A stretch of 64,000 bases of DNA, taken from the NCBI GenBank assembly GCA_963826115.1, contig CAWGVS010000011.1, forward strand, positions 160,001 through 224,000, read 5' to 3'. The translations under genes were made by a program, and so were the position numbers. The notes under the pieces were generated by a model, which was given only the letters and a program-made list of their open reading frames with translations, did not search any database and was not told where the DNA came from. This document shows, piece after piece, positions 1 to 11,293 of this stretch (its first letter is position 1; each line of letters begins with the position of its first letter). This stretch comes from an uncultured Candidatus Rokubacteria bacterium. Its GTDB lineage: Bacteria; Methylomirabilota; Methylomirabilia; Rokubacteriales; DASRDR01.

Positions 1-462
1 CGCCCAGCCTTCCCCGATGGGCATGCCGAACACCGCCGGACGGGGAACGCCGTTGATCCCGTCCTCGGCGCCGAGCCACGACGTCTGGAACGCGTAGGCG
101 TAGAGCATCTGAGAGAACGCGAGCGTGAGCATGATGAAGTACACGCCGGTGACGCGCGTCGAGAAGAAGCCGATGACGAGCGCGGCCAGCGCGCCGGCCA
201 GCACCGGCAGGAGGAGGGCGCCGATCGGCCCCGGATGGGCGGTGAGGGCGAGGCCCGCCACGTAGCCGCCGACGCCGAAGAAGGCGGCGTGGCCGAACGA
301 CACCATCCCCGCGTAGCCCATCAGGAGGTCCAGGCTCATCGCATAGATCCCCCAGATCAGGATCTCCTGGAGAAGCTTGACGGGATAGCGGCCGAATGCG
401 GCCGGGAAGGCGAGGACGGCGAGCAGCAAGACCGCGAAGCCCAGGGGCCGCACCCGCCTCAT
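1..462 (-). CDS. Branched-chain amino acid ABC transporter permease (LivM-type), runs off window start
   Basis: Minus-strand translation from ATG at 462: MRRVRPLGFAVLLLAVLAFPAAFGRYPVKLLQEILIWGIYAMSLDLLMGYAGMVSFGHAAFFGVGGY...GVYFIMLTLAFSQM, typical LivM motifs. Confidence 0.9.
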   Translation of the reverse strand, partial: MRRVRPLGFAVLLLAVLAFPAAFGRYPVKLLQEILIWGIYAMSLDLLMGYAGMVSFGHAAFFGVGGYVAGLALTAHPGPIGALLLPVLAGALAALVIGFFSTRVTGVYFIMLTLAFSQMLYAYAFQTSWLGAEDGINGVPRPAVFGMPIGEGWA

Positions 463-508
463 GCCGGGAAGCCTCGCGAGGCCAGCGGGCGCCCCCGCGC
501 GGGGCGCG

Positions 509-1381
509 TCACCGAAGTGGCCGACCGAACAGGCCCTGCGGGCGGAGCAGCACGACGAGCGCCATCACGACGTAGATCATCAGCATCGAGACGCCCGGCA
601 GCCAGACCTTCCCGAACGTCTCGGCCTGCCCGATGATGAGGCTCCCCACGAACGAGCCCTTGAGCGAGCCGAGGCCGCCGATGACGACCACGATCAGCGC
701 CGGGATGAGGACGCTGATGCCCATGGACGGGTACGCGGACTGGATCGGCCCGGCGATGACGCCGGAGAGTCCTCCGAGCGCGGCGCCGAAGGCGAACACG
801 AACGTGAACACGCGTCCGACGTCGATCCCGAGCCCCGCGGTCATCTCGGCGTCGTACACGCCCGCGCGGATCACGGCGCCGAGGCGCGTCTTCTCGATCA
901 CGAGCCAGAGCAGGATCGCAACCAGGAGCCCGAAGCCGATGACGAAAAGCCGGTACGCGGGGAAGGTGAAGCCGTTGAAGGTGACCCGGCCGGAGAAGAG
1001 CTCGGGCGGGGGGATGGAGCGAATGCGGCCACCCCAGCCCCACTTGACCAGGTCCTCGAAGAGATAGATGAGGCCGAAGGTCAAGAGCACCTGGTCGAGC
1101 GGGGACCGCCGGTAGAGCGGCCGGAGCAGGCCGCGCTCGACGAGGGCGCCGACGAGGCCCACGGCCAGCGGCGCCGTGATGGCGGCGAGCCAGAAGTTCC
1201 CGGTCAGCGTGAGGGTGGCGAGGCCGGCATATGCTCCCAGCATGTAGAACGAGCCGTGCGCCAGGTTCACGACGTCGAGCATCCCGAAGATGAGCGTCAG
1301 ACCGACCGAGAGGAGGAACAGGAGGGCGCCGTAGGCCAGGCCGTTCAGCGCTTGGCCGAGGATGTCCGATAGGAGCGGCAC
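509..1381 (-). CDS. Branched-chain amino acid ABC transporter permease (LivH-type)
   Basis: C-terminal part of ORF 509..1729: LNGLAYGALLFLLSVGLTLIFGMLDVVNLAHG...RPQGLFG; GTG start inferred at 1381. Confidence 0.9.
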   Translation of the reverse strand: MPLLSDILGQALNGLAYGALLFLLSVGLTLIFGMLDVVNLAHGSFYMLGAYAGLATLTLTGNFWLAAITAPLAVGLVGALVERGLLRPLYRRSPLDQVLLTFGLIYLFEDLVKWGWGGRIRSIPPPELFSGRVTFNGFTFPAYRLFVIGFGLLVAILLWLVIEKTRLGAVIRAGVYDAEMTAGLGIDVGRVFTFVFAFGAALGGLSGVIAGPIQSAYPSMGISVLIPALIVVVIGGLGSLKGSFVGSLIIGQAETFGKVWLPGVSMLMIYVVMALVVLLRPQGLFGRPLR

Positions 1382-1431
1382 GGGGATGGGCGGAAGCCGG
1401 GGCGCGCGGCCCCGGCGTTCCGGAGGCCTCG

Positions 1432-2659
1432 TCAGGCCGGAAGCGTGCAGCCGGTGCCCGGGTCGCGAACGTCCGCGACCTTGTCGATCGGCACGTTGGC
1501 CAGGCCGCGCCGCGACAGCTCGCGCACCTCGCGGATGTAGATGAACGGCTGGATCACGTTGTGCGTCTTCGGGTCGAAGCGGAAGCGCCCGCGCGGGCTG
1601 TCGAACTCCGTGGCGGCGATGGCGGTCGACGAGCTTGTCCTTGTCCTGGGTGTTGCCGTTCACGGCCTTCAGCGCCCGCACGATCACCTCGGCGGTGTCG
1701 TAGCCCTGGCAGGCGAAGCCGTCGGGCATCTTGCCCTCGAACTTCTCGCCGGAACTCCTTGACGAACCGCTGGTTCACCGGGTTGTCGAGCTGCGGCGTG
1801 TAGAAGTGCCCGGTGATGGTGCCCAGCGCCGTCTTGCCCTGGGCGGGGAGCACGTCGGGCTCGGTCAGGAAGCCCGGCGCCGGTGAGCTTGATGCCCGGC
1901 TTGAGCCCGAACTCGTCGAACTGCTTGACGAAGTTCACGGCGTCGGTGCCGGAGAAGAACGCGAACACCGCCTTGGCGCCGGACTGCTTGATCTTGGTCA
2001 GGTACGGTGCGTAGTCGGTCTCGCCGAGCTTCGGATAGTCCTCGCCGACGACCTTGCCACCGGCCGGATGGTAGGTCTCCCGGAACGCCTCCATCATGTC
2101 CTTGCCGGCCTGGTAGTTCGGCGCGATCTGGAAGACCTCCTTCGACACCTTCGCCGCGACCCACCCACCCATGGGCTGGCAGGGCTGCCAGTTGGAGAAG
2201 GAGGTCCGGAAGATCCACTTCGAGCAGCGGGCGCGGCTGACGGCGTCGGCGCCCGCGTTCGACACGATGCAGGATCGTCTTCGAGTTGTGCACCTTGTCG
2301 CGCATGCCCATGAGGATGCCGCTGTGGACGGGCCCGGTCAGGATGTCCACCTTGTCGGAGTCGATCAGCTTCTCGGTCTTGCGCACACCGACCGGGACGG
2401 CCATCTCGTCGTCTTCCTTGACCATCTCGATCTTGCGCCCGGCGACCGTCCAGTTCTCCCGGGCGAAGACGAGCTCCATCGCCTGGGTGATGCTGTTCCC
2501 GAGCTCCGCGTACACGCCCGTGTAGGGGAGGACGACGCCGATCTTGACCGGCCCGCCCTGAGCCCGGGCCCGGCGGACCCAGGGACCCGTGACTGCCCCG
2601 GCGGCGGCACCGCCGATGACGGTGGTCCTGAGGAACGTCCGACGCGTCTGCTGGTCCAT
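1432..2659 (-). CDS. Liv-type ABC substrate-binding protein with Tat signal (several frameshifts)
   Basis: TRRTFLR twin-arginine signal, KIGVVLPYTGVYAELG; continues in ORFs 1684..2265, 1554..1853 and 509..1729 (QGYDTAEVI); RBS GAGGAGGAGG upstream. Confidence 0.85.
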
Positions 2660-3040
2660 GCGTCCTCCTCCTCACGGTCTCGAGCGGTCCGGCGGAAACC
2701 ACGGCGCGGGCAGCTGCGCCCAACGTCTGTCAGGGGCGAAATCGTGCCTAGAGCCTACACTGAACGACCCATTGCGGGGAACCCTGTCGAACGGCACAGT
2801 AGCCCGCCGCGGACGGCTCAGCGCACGTGATCGCTGCGCGGCGAGGATTCGTGGCGTTCGCATCGCAGCGTCGGTCACCCGAGCCGTGCGCGGGTAGCCC
2901 ACGCTGAGCTTGGCAGTCGGGCGGCGCCGTCTCGCGGCCTCATGGAAGGTTGCCCGCAGCGCTCTATCGACACGCGCCAGCGGATCGCATAGCATCTCGG
3001 GGTGCCGGCGGCCCCCCCACCGATGCGGCTGATCTGACCC

Positions 3041-3990
3041 ATGCTGGCATTCGTCATCCGGCGACTGGGCGCGATGGTCGTCGTCATGCTGATCGTCGCC
3101 GCGCTGGTGTTCGTCATCGTCCGCATCGTGCCGGGGACCCGGCGGCGATGATGCTCGGCGACATCGCGACGCCGGCCGACGTCGCCGCGCTCCGCGCCGT
3201 GCTCGGGCTCGATCGGCCGCTCCCGATCCAGTTCATGATCTTCATGGAGCGCATCCTGGTCGGCGATCTCGGCAACTCGATCTTCTTCAACCAGCCGGTC
3301 GCCCGCGTGCCATGCTCGATCGCGTCGAGCTGACCCTCCTGCTGACCCGGATGGCCGTGCCGCTCGCGGTGGCGATCGGCGTTCCCGTCGGGATCGTCTC
3401 GGCGGTCCGGCGCGGGAACGGCCTGGACCAGGCCGCTGACGGCGGTCGCCATGCTGGCCGCGAGCCTGCCGAGTTTCTGGATCGGCCTGACCCTGATCAA
3501 CTATCTTCGCCGTCGATCTCGGCTGGTCTGCCGGTCGCCGGCTACGGGCCGCCAGATTCGAGCCTGGCTCGAGCGGCTGCCGCTACCTCGTCCTGCCGTC
3601 GATCGCGCTCGGGAATTCCCGAGCTCGGCCCTGATCATGCGCTTCACCCGCACGAGCATGCTCGACGTGCTCGGCGAGGACTACATCCGCACGGCCCGGG
3701 CCAAGGGTCTCCGGCCGAACTGGTCGTGCTCAAGCACGCGCTGCGCAACGCGCGGTCCCGATCCTGACCGTGATCGGCTTGACCATCGGCGGTGCTGATG
3801 GGCGGCGCGATCGTCACCGAGACGGTGTTCGCGCTGCCCGGCGTCGGCGAACCTGATCGTCCAGGCCGTACTGCATCGGGACTATCCGGTGATCCAGGGC
3901 GCCCTGCTCGTGATCTCCGGCGTCTACGTGCTGATCAACCTGGCGATCGACCTGCTCTACGCGGTGGTCGACCCGCGCATCCGCTATTGA
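3041..3990 (+). CDS. Peptide/nickel ABC transporter permease (DppB-like), multiply frameshifted
   Basis: MLAFVIRRLGAMVVVMLIVAALVFVIVRIVPGD..., RFTRTSMLDVLGEDYIRTARAKG, GGAIVTETVFALPG, DLLYAVVDPRIRY across frames. Confidence 0.85.
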
Positions 3991-3997
3991 GCCGCCG

Positions 3998-4897
3998 ATG
4001 GTGTCGCGACGTCGCGATCGCTCCGGCGCCCGCAGCGCAGCGATCGCCGACGCTGCTGCTGCTCGCAGCGGCTGGTCCGCCGACGCATCGTCGTCGTCAG
4101 CCTCGTCCTGCTGGCGGTGCTGGTCGTCGTTCGCCGTGCTGGCGCGCCGTGGATCGCCCCGTATCAGCCGAGCGAGCATGCAGGTCGTCATCCGGCTGAA
4201 GCCGCCCGAGCGCGCGTCACCTGTTCGGGCACCGACGAGTTCGGCCGCGACGTGCTCAGCCGAATGATCTACGGCGCGCGGCTGTCGCTGCTGGTCGGCC
4301 TCCTGGTCGTCGTCGTCGCCGAGCCTGCTCGGGCACTGCTCTGGGCCTCGTCGGCCGGTTACGTCCGGCAGCCTCGACGGCGCGCTCATGCGCCTGACCG
4401 ACGCGATGATGGCCTTTCCCGACATCCTGCTGGCGATCGCGCTGATGGCCGGGCTGGGGCTCGGGCTGTCTCAACGTCGTGATCGCGCTCGGCATCGTCT
4501 ACACGCCGCGCATCGCGCGGATCGTGCGCGCCGCGACCCTGGTGCTGCGCGAGCTGCAGTTCGTCGAGGCGGCCGAGGCGCTCGGCGCGACGCGGTGCGC
4601 GATCGTGCTCGTGCACATCTGCTGCCGAACCTGATCTCGCCCATCATCGTGCAGGCGACCTTCGTCTTCGCCTACGCCATCCTGACCGAGGCGGCGCTGT
4701 CGTTCCTCGGCGTCGGCGTGCCGCCGACCATGCCGACCTGGGGCAACATGATCGCCAGCGCGCAGCAGGTCATGCAGCAGGCGCCATGGCTGATCCTGGC
4801 GCCCGGCATCGCCATCGCGCTGACGGTGATGTCGCTGCAGGTCGTCGGCGACGGCCTGCGCGACGCGCTCGATCCCAAGCTGCGCCGGGCGGTTTGA
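3998..4897 (+). CDS. Peptide/nickel ABC transporter permease (DppC-like), multiply frameshifted
   Basis: GTDEFGRDVLSRMIYGARLSL, HLLPNLISPIIVQATFVFAYAILTEAALSFLGVG, GDGLRDALDPK. Confidence 0.85.
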
Positions 4898-4939
4898 GGA
4901 GTGGACGACGGTGCGGCAGGCGGTGCGCAGGTAGCCGGG

Positions 4940-5726
4940 TCAGCCTGGCCGGGGCGTGCTCAGCGGCAGGTACGCCCGCCCGGCCGAGGCGCCGCCGTTG
5001 ACGGACAGCACCTCGCCCGTCACATAGTCTGCATACGGTGAGGCCAGATACAGCGCCGCTCGGGCGATGTCCTGGGGGGTGCCGGCGCGACCCCACGGAA
5101 TGTTGCGCATGATCGCCGCTTCGTAGTCCGAGGTCAGCGGCGACATCCCGCTGTCCACCTTGATGTAGCCGGGCGCGATGCAGTTCACGTTGATGCGCTG
5201 TCCGGCGAGCTCCATCGCGAGGACCTTCGTGAACATCACGACGCCGGCCTTCGACGCGCAGTAGTGCGCCGCGCCGACCCGGCCGCTGGAATATGCGCCG
5301 GAGGAGATCGTGATGATCTTGCCCGGGCGGCCGCTGGCCGTCATGCTCCGTGCCGGCCGCCCGGCACGTGAGGAACACGCCGCGCATGTTGGTGTCCATC
5401 ACGCGGTCCCATTCATCGACCGACATGTCGAGCACCGGGCATTCGGATAGATCCCGGCGTTGGCCACGACGACCGTGGCGGGGCCCAGGGCACGCTCGGC
5501 CTTCGCGAAGAAGTCCGTCACGGCCTTCTCGTCGCGCACGTCCATGGCGTCGGCGAAGGCGCGGTCGCCCGAGCTGGGTCGCCGCCCGCTCGACGGTCTC
5601 CTTGCGCACGTCACCCAGCGCCACGCTCGCTCCCGCCGCGTGGAAGGCCAGAGCGATGCCGTGCCCGATACCGGCGCCGGCGCCGGTGACGATGACCATC
5701 TGTCCCGTGAAATCGAACGCGGCCAT
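4940..5726 (-). CDS. SDR family oxidoreductase (frameshifted)
   Basis: TGAGAGIG Rossmann motif, VANAGI, YCASK catalytic motif, NCIAPG across ORFs 4770..5747, 5399..5614 and 4940..5344. Confidence 0.85.
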
Positions 5727-5819
5727 TGGCGGATCCTCTCGTGACACTGGGCGACCTCCTCGCAGGGGGTGAACCGGACGCCGGGCGCTGCTTCCGCCTG
5801 TCGCGAGGCACCGGCGGCG

Positions 5820-6590
5820 TCAGTCGATGTACTGGCCGCCGTTGACGTCCATGCACTCGCCGGTGATCCAGGCCGCGCCGGGCGACGCGAAGAACAGCAC
5901 CGCCGCGGCGACGTCCTCGGGCCGGCCCACCCGGGCCAGCGGGATCGTCTGGACGATCGCCTCGATACCCGGCTTCCGGGTGATGCTCACGGTCCGCGGC
6001 GTGTCGATCAATCCGGGACAGACCGCGTTGACCGTGACCCGGGGCGCGAGCTCCTTGGCCAGGCCGCGCGTCAGCCCGAGCACGCCGGCCTTGGCGGCGG
6101 CGTACGCCGACTGGCTCACCGTGGCCGGTGGGCCACCGCCGTGCTTGGCCGAGATCGACGCGATGCTCACGATGCGCTGGCCCTCCCGCTTCAGCATCTG
6201 TGGCGCCAGGCAGCGGGCCCAGTTCCACGCCGACCGCAGGTTGTTCATCAGGATGTGATCGAATTCAGCCGGCGTCAGCTGCAGCATCGCGCGCGGATCC
6301 CCGCCGCCGGCCACGTTGACCAGGATGTCGATCTGGCCGAAGGATGTGAGCGCGGAGGAAGCCAGCCGCTCGGTCGCGGCGTAGTCCGCGGCATCGCCGA
6401 CCAGCGTCAGGCTCTTGCGGCCCAGCTCCCGGATCTGACCGGCGACCGTCTCCGCGGCATCGGCGCGGAGGTCGAGGATGGCGACGTCGGCGCCCGCCTG
6501 CGCCAGGGCGCGCGCACTCGCTCCGCCGATGGCGCCGCCCCCGCCGGTCACCAGCGCCACCTTGCCGCTCAGGTCGTACATCGGATTCAC
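5820..6590 (-). CDS. SDR family oxidoreductase (FabG-like)
   Basis: TGGGGAIG, NVAG, YAAAK, NAVCPG; intact 256 aa. Confidence 0.9.
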   Translation of the reverse strand: MNPMYDLSGKVALVTGGGGAIGGASARALAQAGADVAILDLRADAAETVAGQIRELGRKSLTLVGDAADYAATERLASSALTSFGQIDILVNVAGGGDPRAMLQLTPAEFDHILMNNLRSAWNWARCLAPQMLKREGQRIVSIASISAKHGGGPPATVSQSAYAAAKAGVLGLTRGLAKELAPRVTVNAVCPGLIDTPRTVSITRKPGIEAIVQTIPLARVGRPEDVAAAVLFFASPGAAWITGECMDVNGGQYID

Positions 6591-6774
6591 GTTGCCACCC
6601 CCCGGTGGAAAGTGACGCCCATCCCACGTGGAGCCGTTCGGTTACCGGCCCTCGAGACCTTCGGAGTTCGCCGGGGACGGCATCCGCGTCTCGGCCGCGC
6701 CCCTCGCTCGCGCCAAGCGCGGGGAGGGAGCGCGGCCGCGTGACGGAATCCCCCGGCCGGCTGTCGCCGATCTC

Positions 6775-8320
6775 CTACTGGGCCAGACGTACGTTCCAGA
6801 ACGCGGGCTGGGGCATCGACGTGAAGCCCTGCAGCCTATCGCTGACCGCGGTCAGCTGTAGAAGTGCCCGGTGATCAGCGTCGACGCCTGCTCGTAGAGC
6901 AGCTTCTGGATGTTGTTCCAGAGCGGCAGGCGCTTGGCGGGATCCATCTCCGAGTTGAACGCGTCGAGCGCGGCGGACTTCTCCGGCGTGTCCCACCAGC
7001 CCGGATATTCCGGACTGATGAAGGTGATCAGCGACGGCTCGGGGGTGAAGCCGATGGTAGGCGATGAAGCCCTCCCATTCGTTGGCGTTCGTGCGCTTCT
7101 GCGTCACCGACGCCCAGTCCATGACCTGGACGTCGACCTTGAAGCCGGCCTTCTGCAGGTTCTCCTTGGCGACCAGCGTCTGCTTGTAGAAATAGTCGAA
7201 CTGCTTCGACGTCAGCAGGCGGATCGGCTCGCCCTTGTAGCCCGCCTCCTTGAGCAGCTGGCCGACGCGCTTCGGGTCGCGCTGGTTGAACCCCGGGTGT
7301 TGACGCCGTCGTGGAAGGACGGCGCCCTTGCCGTAGATCGAGCCGTCGACGTCGTACATCGCGGGATCGCCGAAGGCGGCGCGCCAGCATGTCGGGAACG
7401 TTGAGCGCCGCCTGCATGGCCTGGCGGATCTTGACGTTCGCGGTCGCGCCGCCCTTGGTGTTCAGCACCATGAAGATCATCCAGTCCGGCTTCACGAGCA
7501 TCCGGCTTGATGCCGCGCGCGGCCTTGAGCTGCGGTAGCGACTCGTTGGGCAGCGTGTCGGCGAACAGGTACTGTCCGCTGATCACGCCGGCGACGCGCG
7601 TCATCGCGTTCGGCACGGGGACGAAGCGGATCTCGTCGATGATCGCCTTGCGCTCGCCGGCGTAACCGTCGGGCGTGCCGGGCGGCGATTTGTACTGGTC
7701 GAACCTGACGACACGGGTGAACTGGTCTGGCTTGCGCTCGAGGAACTTGTACGGGTCCGGTGCCGATGAACTCGGTGATCGGCTTGTCGCTCGCGTTCAG
7801 CTCCTTGGGCATGATCGACGGCGGTCGCCGTGTTGCTCGCCAGCAGCGGCAGCAGCGGCGCGAAGGGCTGCTTGAGGCGGATCTCGATCGCGCGCGGGTC
7901 CTTGACCGTCGATCGGAGGTCGCCTGCGCGCCGACCAGCTTGCCGCGCGGCGAGACCCGGGCCCAGCGGCTGACCGATGCCGCGACGTCCTCGGCGGTCA
8001 TCGTCTTGCCGTTGTGGAAGACGGCGTCGGTGCGCAGCGGGATGGTCACGACGGTGCCGTTCTCGGTGATCGCCGGCAGCGCCGAGGCGAGCACCGGCAT
8101 CACCTCCCATTTCGAGTTGAAGCGTGTAGAGCGTCTCGAAGATGTGGTGGGTGATGATCGGTCGCGGAGTCCGAGGTGAAGATGACCGGATCGAGGGACG
8201 GGCGGTTCGCCGTAGAGCGCGACGTCGATCGCCGTCGCCGCCATGGCTCGGCGTGCCGAACAGGCTGGCGCAGGCGAGCGCCACGGCGCCGGCGACAGAA
8301 CTGAGCTTCCGAAGCGTCAT
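6775..8320 (-). CDS. Peptide/nickel (family 5) ABC substrate-binding protein, multiply frameshifted
   Basis: Signal peptide MTLRKLSSVAGAVALAC; HIFETLY, PLRTDAVFHNGKTMTAEDV, FIGTGP, KIRQAMQAAL, FWNVRL across frames; RBS AAGGAG. Confidence 0.85.
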
Positions 8321-8754
8321 GACTGTCTCCTTCCCTTGACCTTGTGGTTCGCTCGTCGGTCGGCGGATCCGCGACGTCGGGGCCCGAGCCCATGAAACGG
8401 CTCGACTATGGCACCGAATATCGGGGATTGCCAGGCGATGTTCCGGAGAATCCCGCCTGGAGGGGGCCCTAGAACGCTCGCCTGAGCGATCGATGGTCGA
8501 ACGCGATGCTGGCGGGCGGCGCGGGTTCGGAGGGAGACGGAACGCGCGCCTCAGGGGCGGGCGCCGCGGGGAACCCCGGAGCTGCTGGCGCATCGCCCAC
8601 CGGTTTCGTCCACTGTCGGTTTGCATGCGCAGCCGGCAGGGGAGTCCCGGCGGGCACCGAAAATACGACCGGGCCCGCTCTCCCCACCGCGGGCCGGTTG
8701 CGAGCCCCGCGCGCCCCAGTGTCGGTGATTCAGGGCGCGGGGGGCTGGCCCCGG

Positions 8755-9030
8755 CTACTTCTTCTTGCGCTTGGCCAGGAGATCTTCGAGCTTCTTCGCC
8801 TGGTCCGTCTCGGTCTTGAGGGCTTCCTGGGTCTCCTTGAGCTTCGCCTCCGCCGCCTGGATCTTGGTCGCGAGCTGACCTTCCCGCTCGGCGGACTTCC
8901 GAGCCTCCTCGAGCTGCGCCTTCGCCGCGGCCACGTCCTTCGCGGCCTGCGACGACTGCGATCCCCAGGTGGCATACCCGATGCCCAGCCCGATGATGGC
9001 GGCGATGATTCCGATCACGACGGCTTGCAT
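8755..9030 (-). CDS. Small bitopic membrane protein with coiled-coil tail (paralog of 9065..9346)
   Basis: 91 aa, N-terminal TM segment (VVIGIIAAIIGLGIGYATWG), E/K/Q/A-rich heptads, RBS GGAGG. Confidence 0.8.
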   Translation of the reverse strand: MQAVVIGIIAAIIGLGIGYATWGSQSSQAAKDVAAAKAQLEEARKSAEREGQLATKIQAAEAKLKETQEALKTETDQAKKLEDLLAKRKKK

Positions 9031-9064
9031 GGCACCTCCCGTTCGTGCCCCGCGCGTTCTCGCG

Positions 9065-9346
9065 TCACTTCTTGCCCTTGGACACCTGCATCTGCATCTG
9101 CTCGCGCTTCGCCTTCTCCTTGGCCAGATCGTCGCTCATCTGCTTCAGCTGGGCTTCCATCTGCGCGAGCTTGTCGGACAGCTCCTTCTCGCGCGTCGCG
9201 GCCTTCTGCGCCTCGGTGAGCCGCGCCTTGAGCTGATCGAGCTCGCCCTGGAGCGACTTCGTCTGGGCCCCCCACCATAGGTACCCGACGAGGAGTCCGA
9301 TGAGGATCGCCACGATGGCGACGATCGTCACTTTCTTGCCGTCCAT
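9065..9346 (-). CDS. Small bitopic membrane protein with coiled-coil tail (paralog of 8755..9030)
   Basis: TM segment VTIVAIVAILIGLLVGYLWWG followed by coiled coil; RBS AAGGAGG. Confidence 0.8.
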   Translation of the reverse strand: MDGKKVTIVAIVAILIGLLVGYLWWGAQTKSLQGELDQLKARLTEAQKAATREKELSDKLAQMEAQLKQMSDDLAKEKAKREQMQMQVSKGKK

Positions 9347-9436
9347 CACGCCTCCTTCCCGGGCCGGGGGCCCGCTGCCTGGAGAGCCTGCCTGATGAGC
9401 GGTGGACCCGGGCCCGCCGCTCGGGGAACGGCGGGG

Positions 9437-11072
9437 TCAGGGCGGTGCGGCGCGCCCTGCCTCGTGCTGCCGGAGCTCAACCCGTCGGATCTTGCCCGTC
9501 TCCGTGTGCGGCAGCGCGGGGACGAACGCGATCAGGCGGGGGTACTTGTAGGGCGCGAGCACCTTCTTGACGTGGTCCTGCAGCTCCTTCGCCAGCTCGT
9601 CGGTGGCCGTGAACCCCGGACGCAGGACCACGAACGCCTTCGGCACGAAGCCGCGCGTCGCGTCCGGGGCCGCCACCACCGCGGACTCGGCGACGGCCGG
9701 GTGCTCGTCCAGCACGTGCTCGACCTCGGGTCCCGGGATCTTGTAGCCCCCCGTCACGATCATGTCGTCGGACCGGCACTGGTACGAGAAGTAGCCGTCG
9801 TCGTCGTGGACGTAGACGTCGCCGGTCACGTTCCAGCCCCCGAATCGCACGTACTCGGCCTGGCGCTCGGGCTTCCGCCAGTACTTGCAGCCGGTCGGGC
9901 CCTTGATGGCGATGAGGCCGGGCGTGCCGCGCGGCACCTCGCGACCCTCCTCGTCGACCACGCGGCAGTCGTAGCCCGGCACCGGCACGCCGGTCGCGCC
10001 CGGGCGGACCCGGCCGGGCTCCGAGGACACGAAGATGTGGAACATCTCGGTCGAGCCGATCCCGTCGAGGCACTCCTTGCCGGTGGTGCGCGACCCACGC
10101 CTCGTAGGTCGCGGCGGGCAGGGGCTCGGCGGCGGAGACGCAGAGGCGGAGGCTTCCGAGGTCGTACCGCCCGGCCACGTCCGGAACTCCGAGCATCAGC
10201 CGGTACGACGTGGACGCGCAGAAGGCGACGGTCACGCGCTCGCGCTGGAAGATCTCGAGCATCCGCTCGGGGTCGAACGGGCCCGAGAGCACGGTCGCGG
10301 CCCCGAACCGGAACGGGAAGACGAGGAGGCCGCCGGTGCCGAACGTGAACGCCAGCGTCGGATGGCCACCGAACCGGTCCTCCTCGCTGGGCTGGAGGAC
10401 GTAGCGGGCATACGAGTCGGCCGAGCCGAGGATGTCGGCGTGATGGTGGACGCAGCCCTTGGGCACGCCCGTCGAGCCGGAGGTGTAGGCGATCATCGCG
10501 ACGTCGTCGGCGCGCGTGTCAGCGGTCTGGAAGCGCTCCGGCTGGCCGTCCAGCAGGCTCGCCCACGTGAGATCGCCAGGCCGAGCGTCCCCGACGACGA
10601 TCACCTGCTCGAGTGCCGGTGCGGCCGGGCGGGCCCGCTCGAGCTCCTCCCGCAGTCCGCTCGACACCACGGCGACCCGTGTCCCCGCGTCCTGGGCGAT
10701 GTAGGCCAGCTCCCGGGCGCGGAGCAGCGGCATCGTGGACACCGTGACGACGCCGAGCTTCTGGCACGCGAGCCACGTGACGATGAACTCCGGGCAGTTC
10801 GGCATCCGCAGGAGGACGCGGTCCCCCGGCTCGACGCCGGCGGCCCGGAGGCCGTTGGCGAGCCGGTTGACGCGCTTCTGCAGGTCGCCGTACGTGACGA
10901 CCTGGGCCTCATGGTGTATCGCGGGCCGGCCGGCACGCCCGCCGTCCGCGTTGGCGTCGAGGAGCGCCGTGGCGACGTTGAGCCGAACGGGATAGCGCGT
11001 CTCGGGGAGGGTGTAGATTCGCTCCGGCCAGAGCGCCTTCGGCGGGAGACCTTCCTCGATCGCGACCGCCAC
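9437..11072 (-). CDS. Benzoate-CoA ligase family protein, 2-aminobenzoate-CoA ligase (AbmG)-like; one frameshift near 10090
   Basis: LPPKALWPERIYTLPETRYPVRLNVA N-terminus, YTSGSTGVPKG AMP-binding loop, LAFTFGTGG, GSTEMFHIF, APYKYPR, TETGKIRR. Confidence 0.85.
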
Positions 11073-11293
11073 CCAAGGCCCTCCTCTGTCCGGAGCCAAA
11101 CCACCGCGCGGCGCCATGGTAGCCAACTTCCCCGCGTGGAACAACCCTGCGGACCTCGCCTGACGCGAGGTGCCGGGCCACTGTACGATGAGCCTCGCGT
11201 CCGGCGCGGGCCACCTGCCCGACCGACGCTCGTGTTCCGCCCTAGGCTGCCACGGACGAGGCGATCCGCTGGCGTCTTTCCTGGAGGTGCGAG

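Noticed and set aside
8330-8750. ncRNA or mobile-element remnant in a long intergenic region
   Set aside because: Only generic GC-rich hairpins; no family recognised
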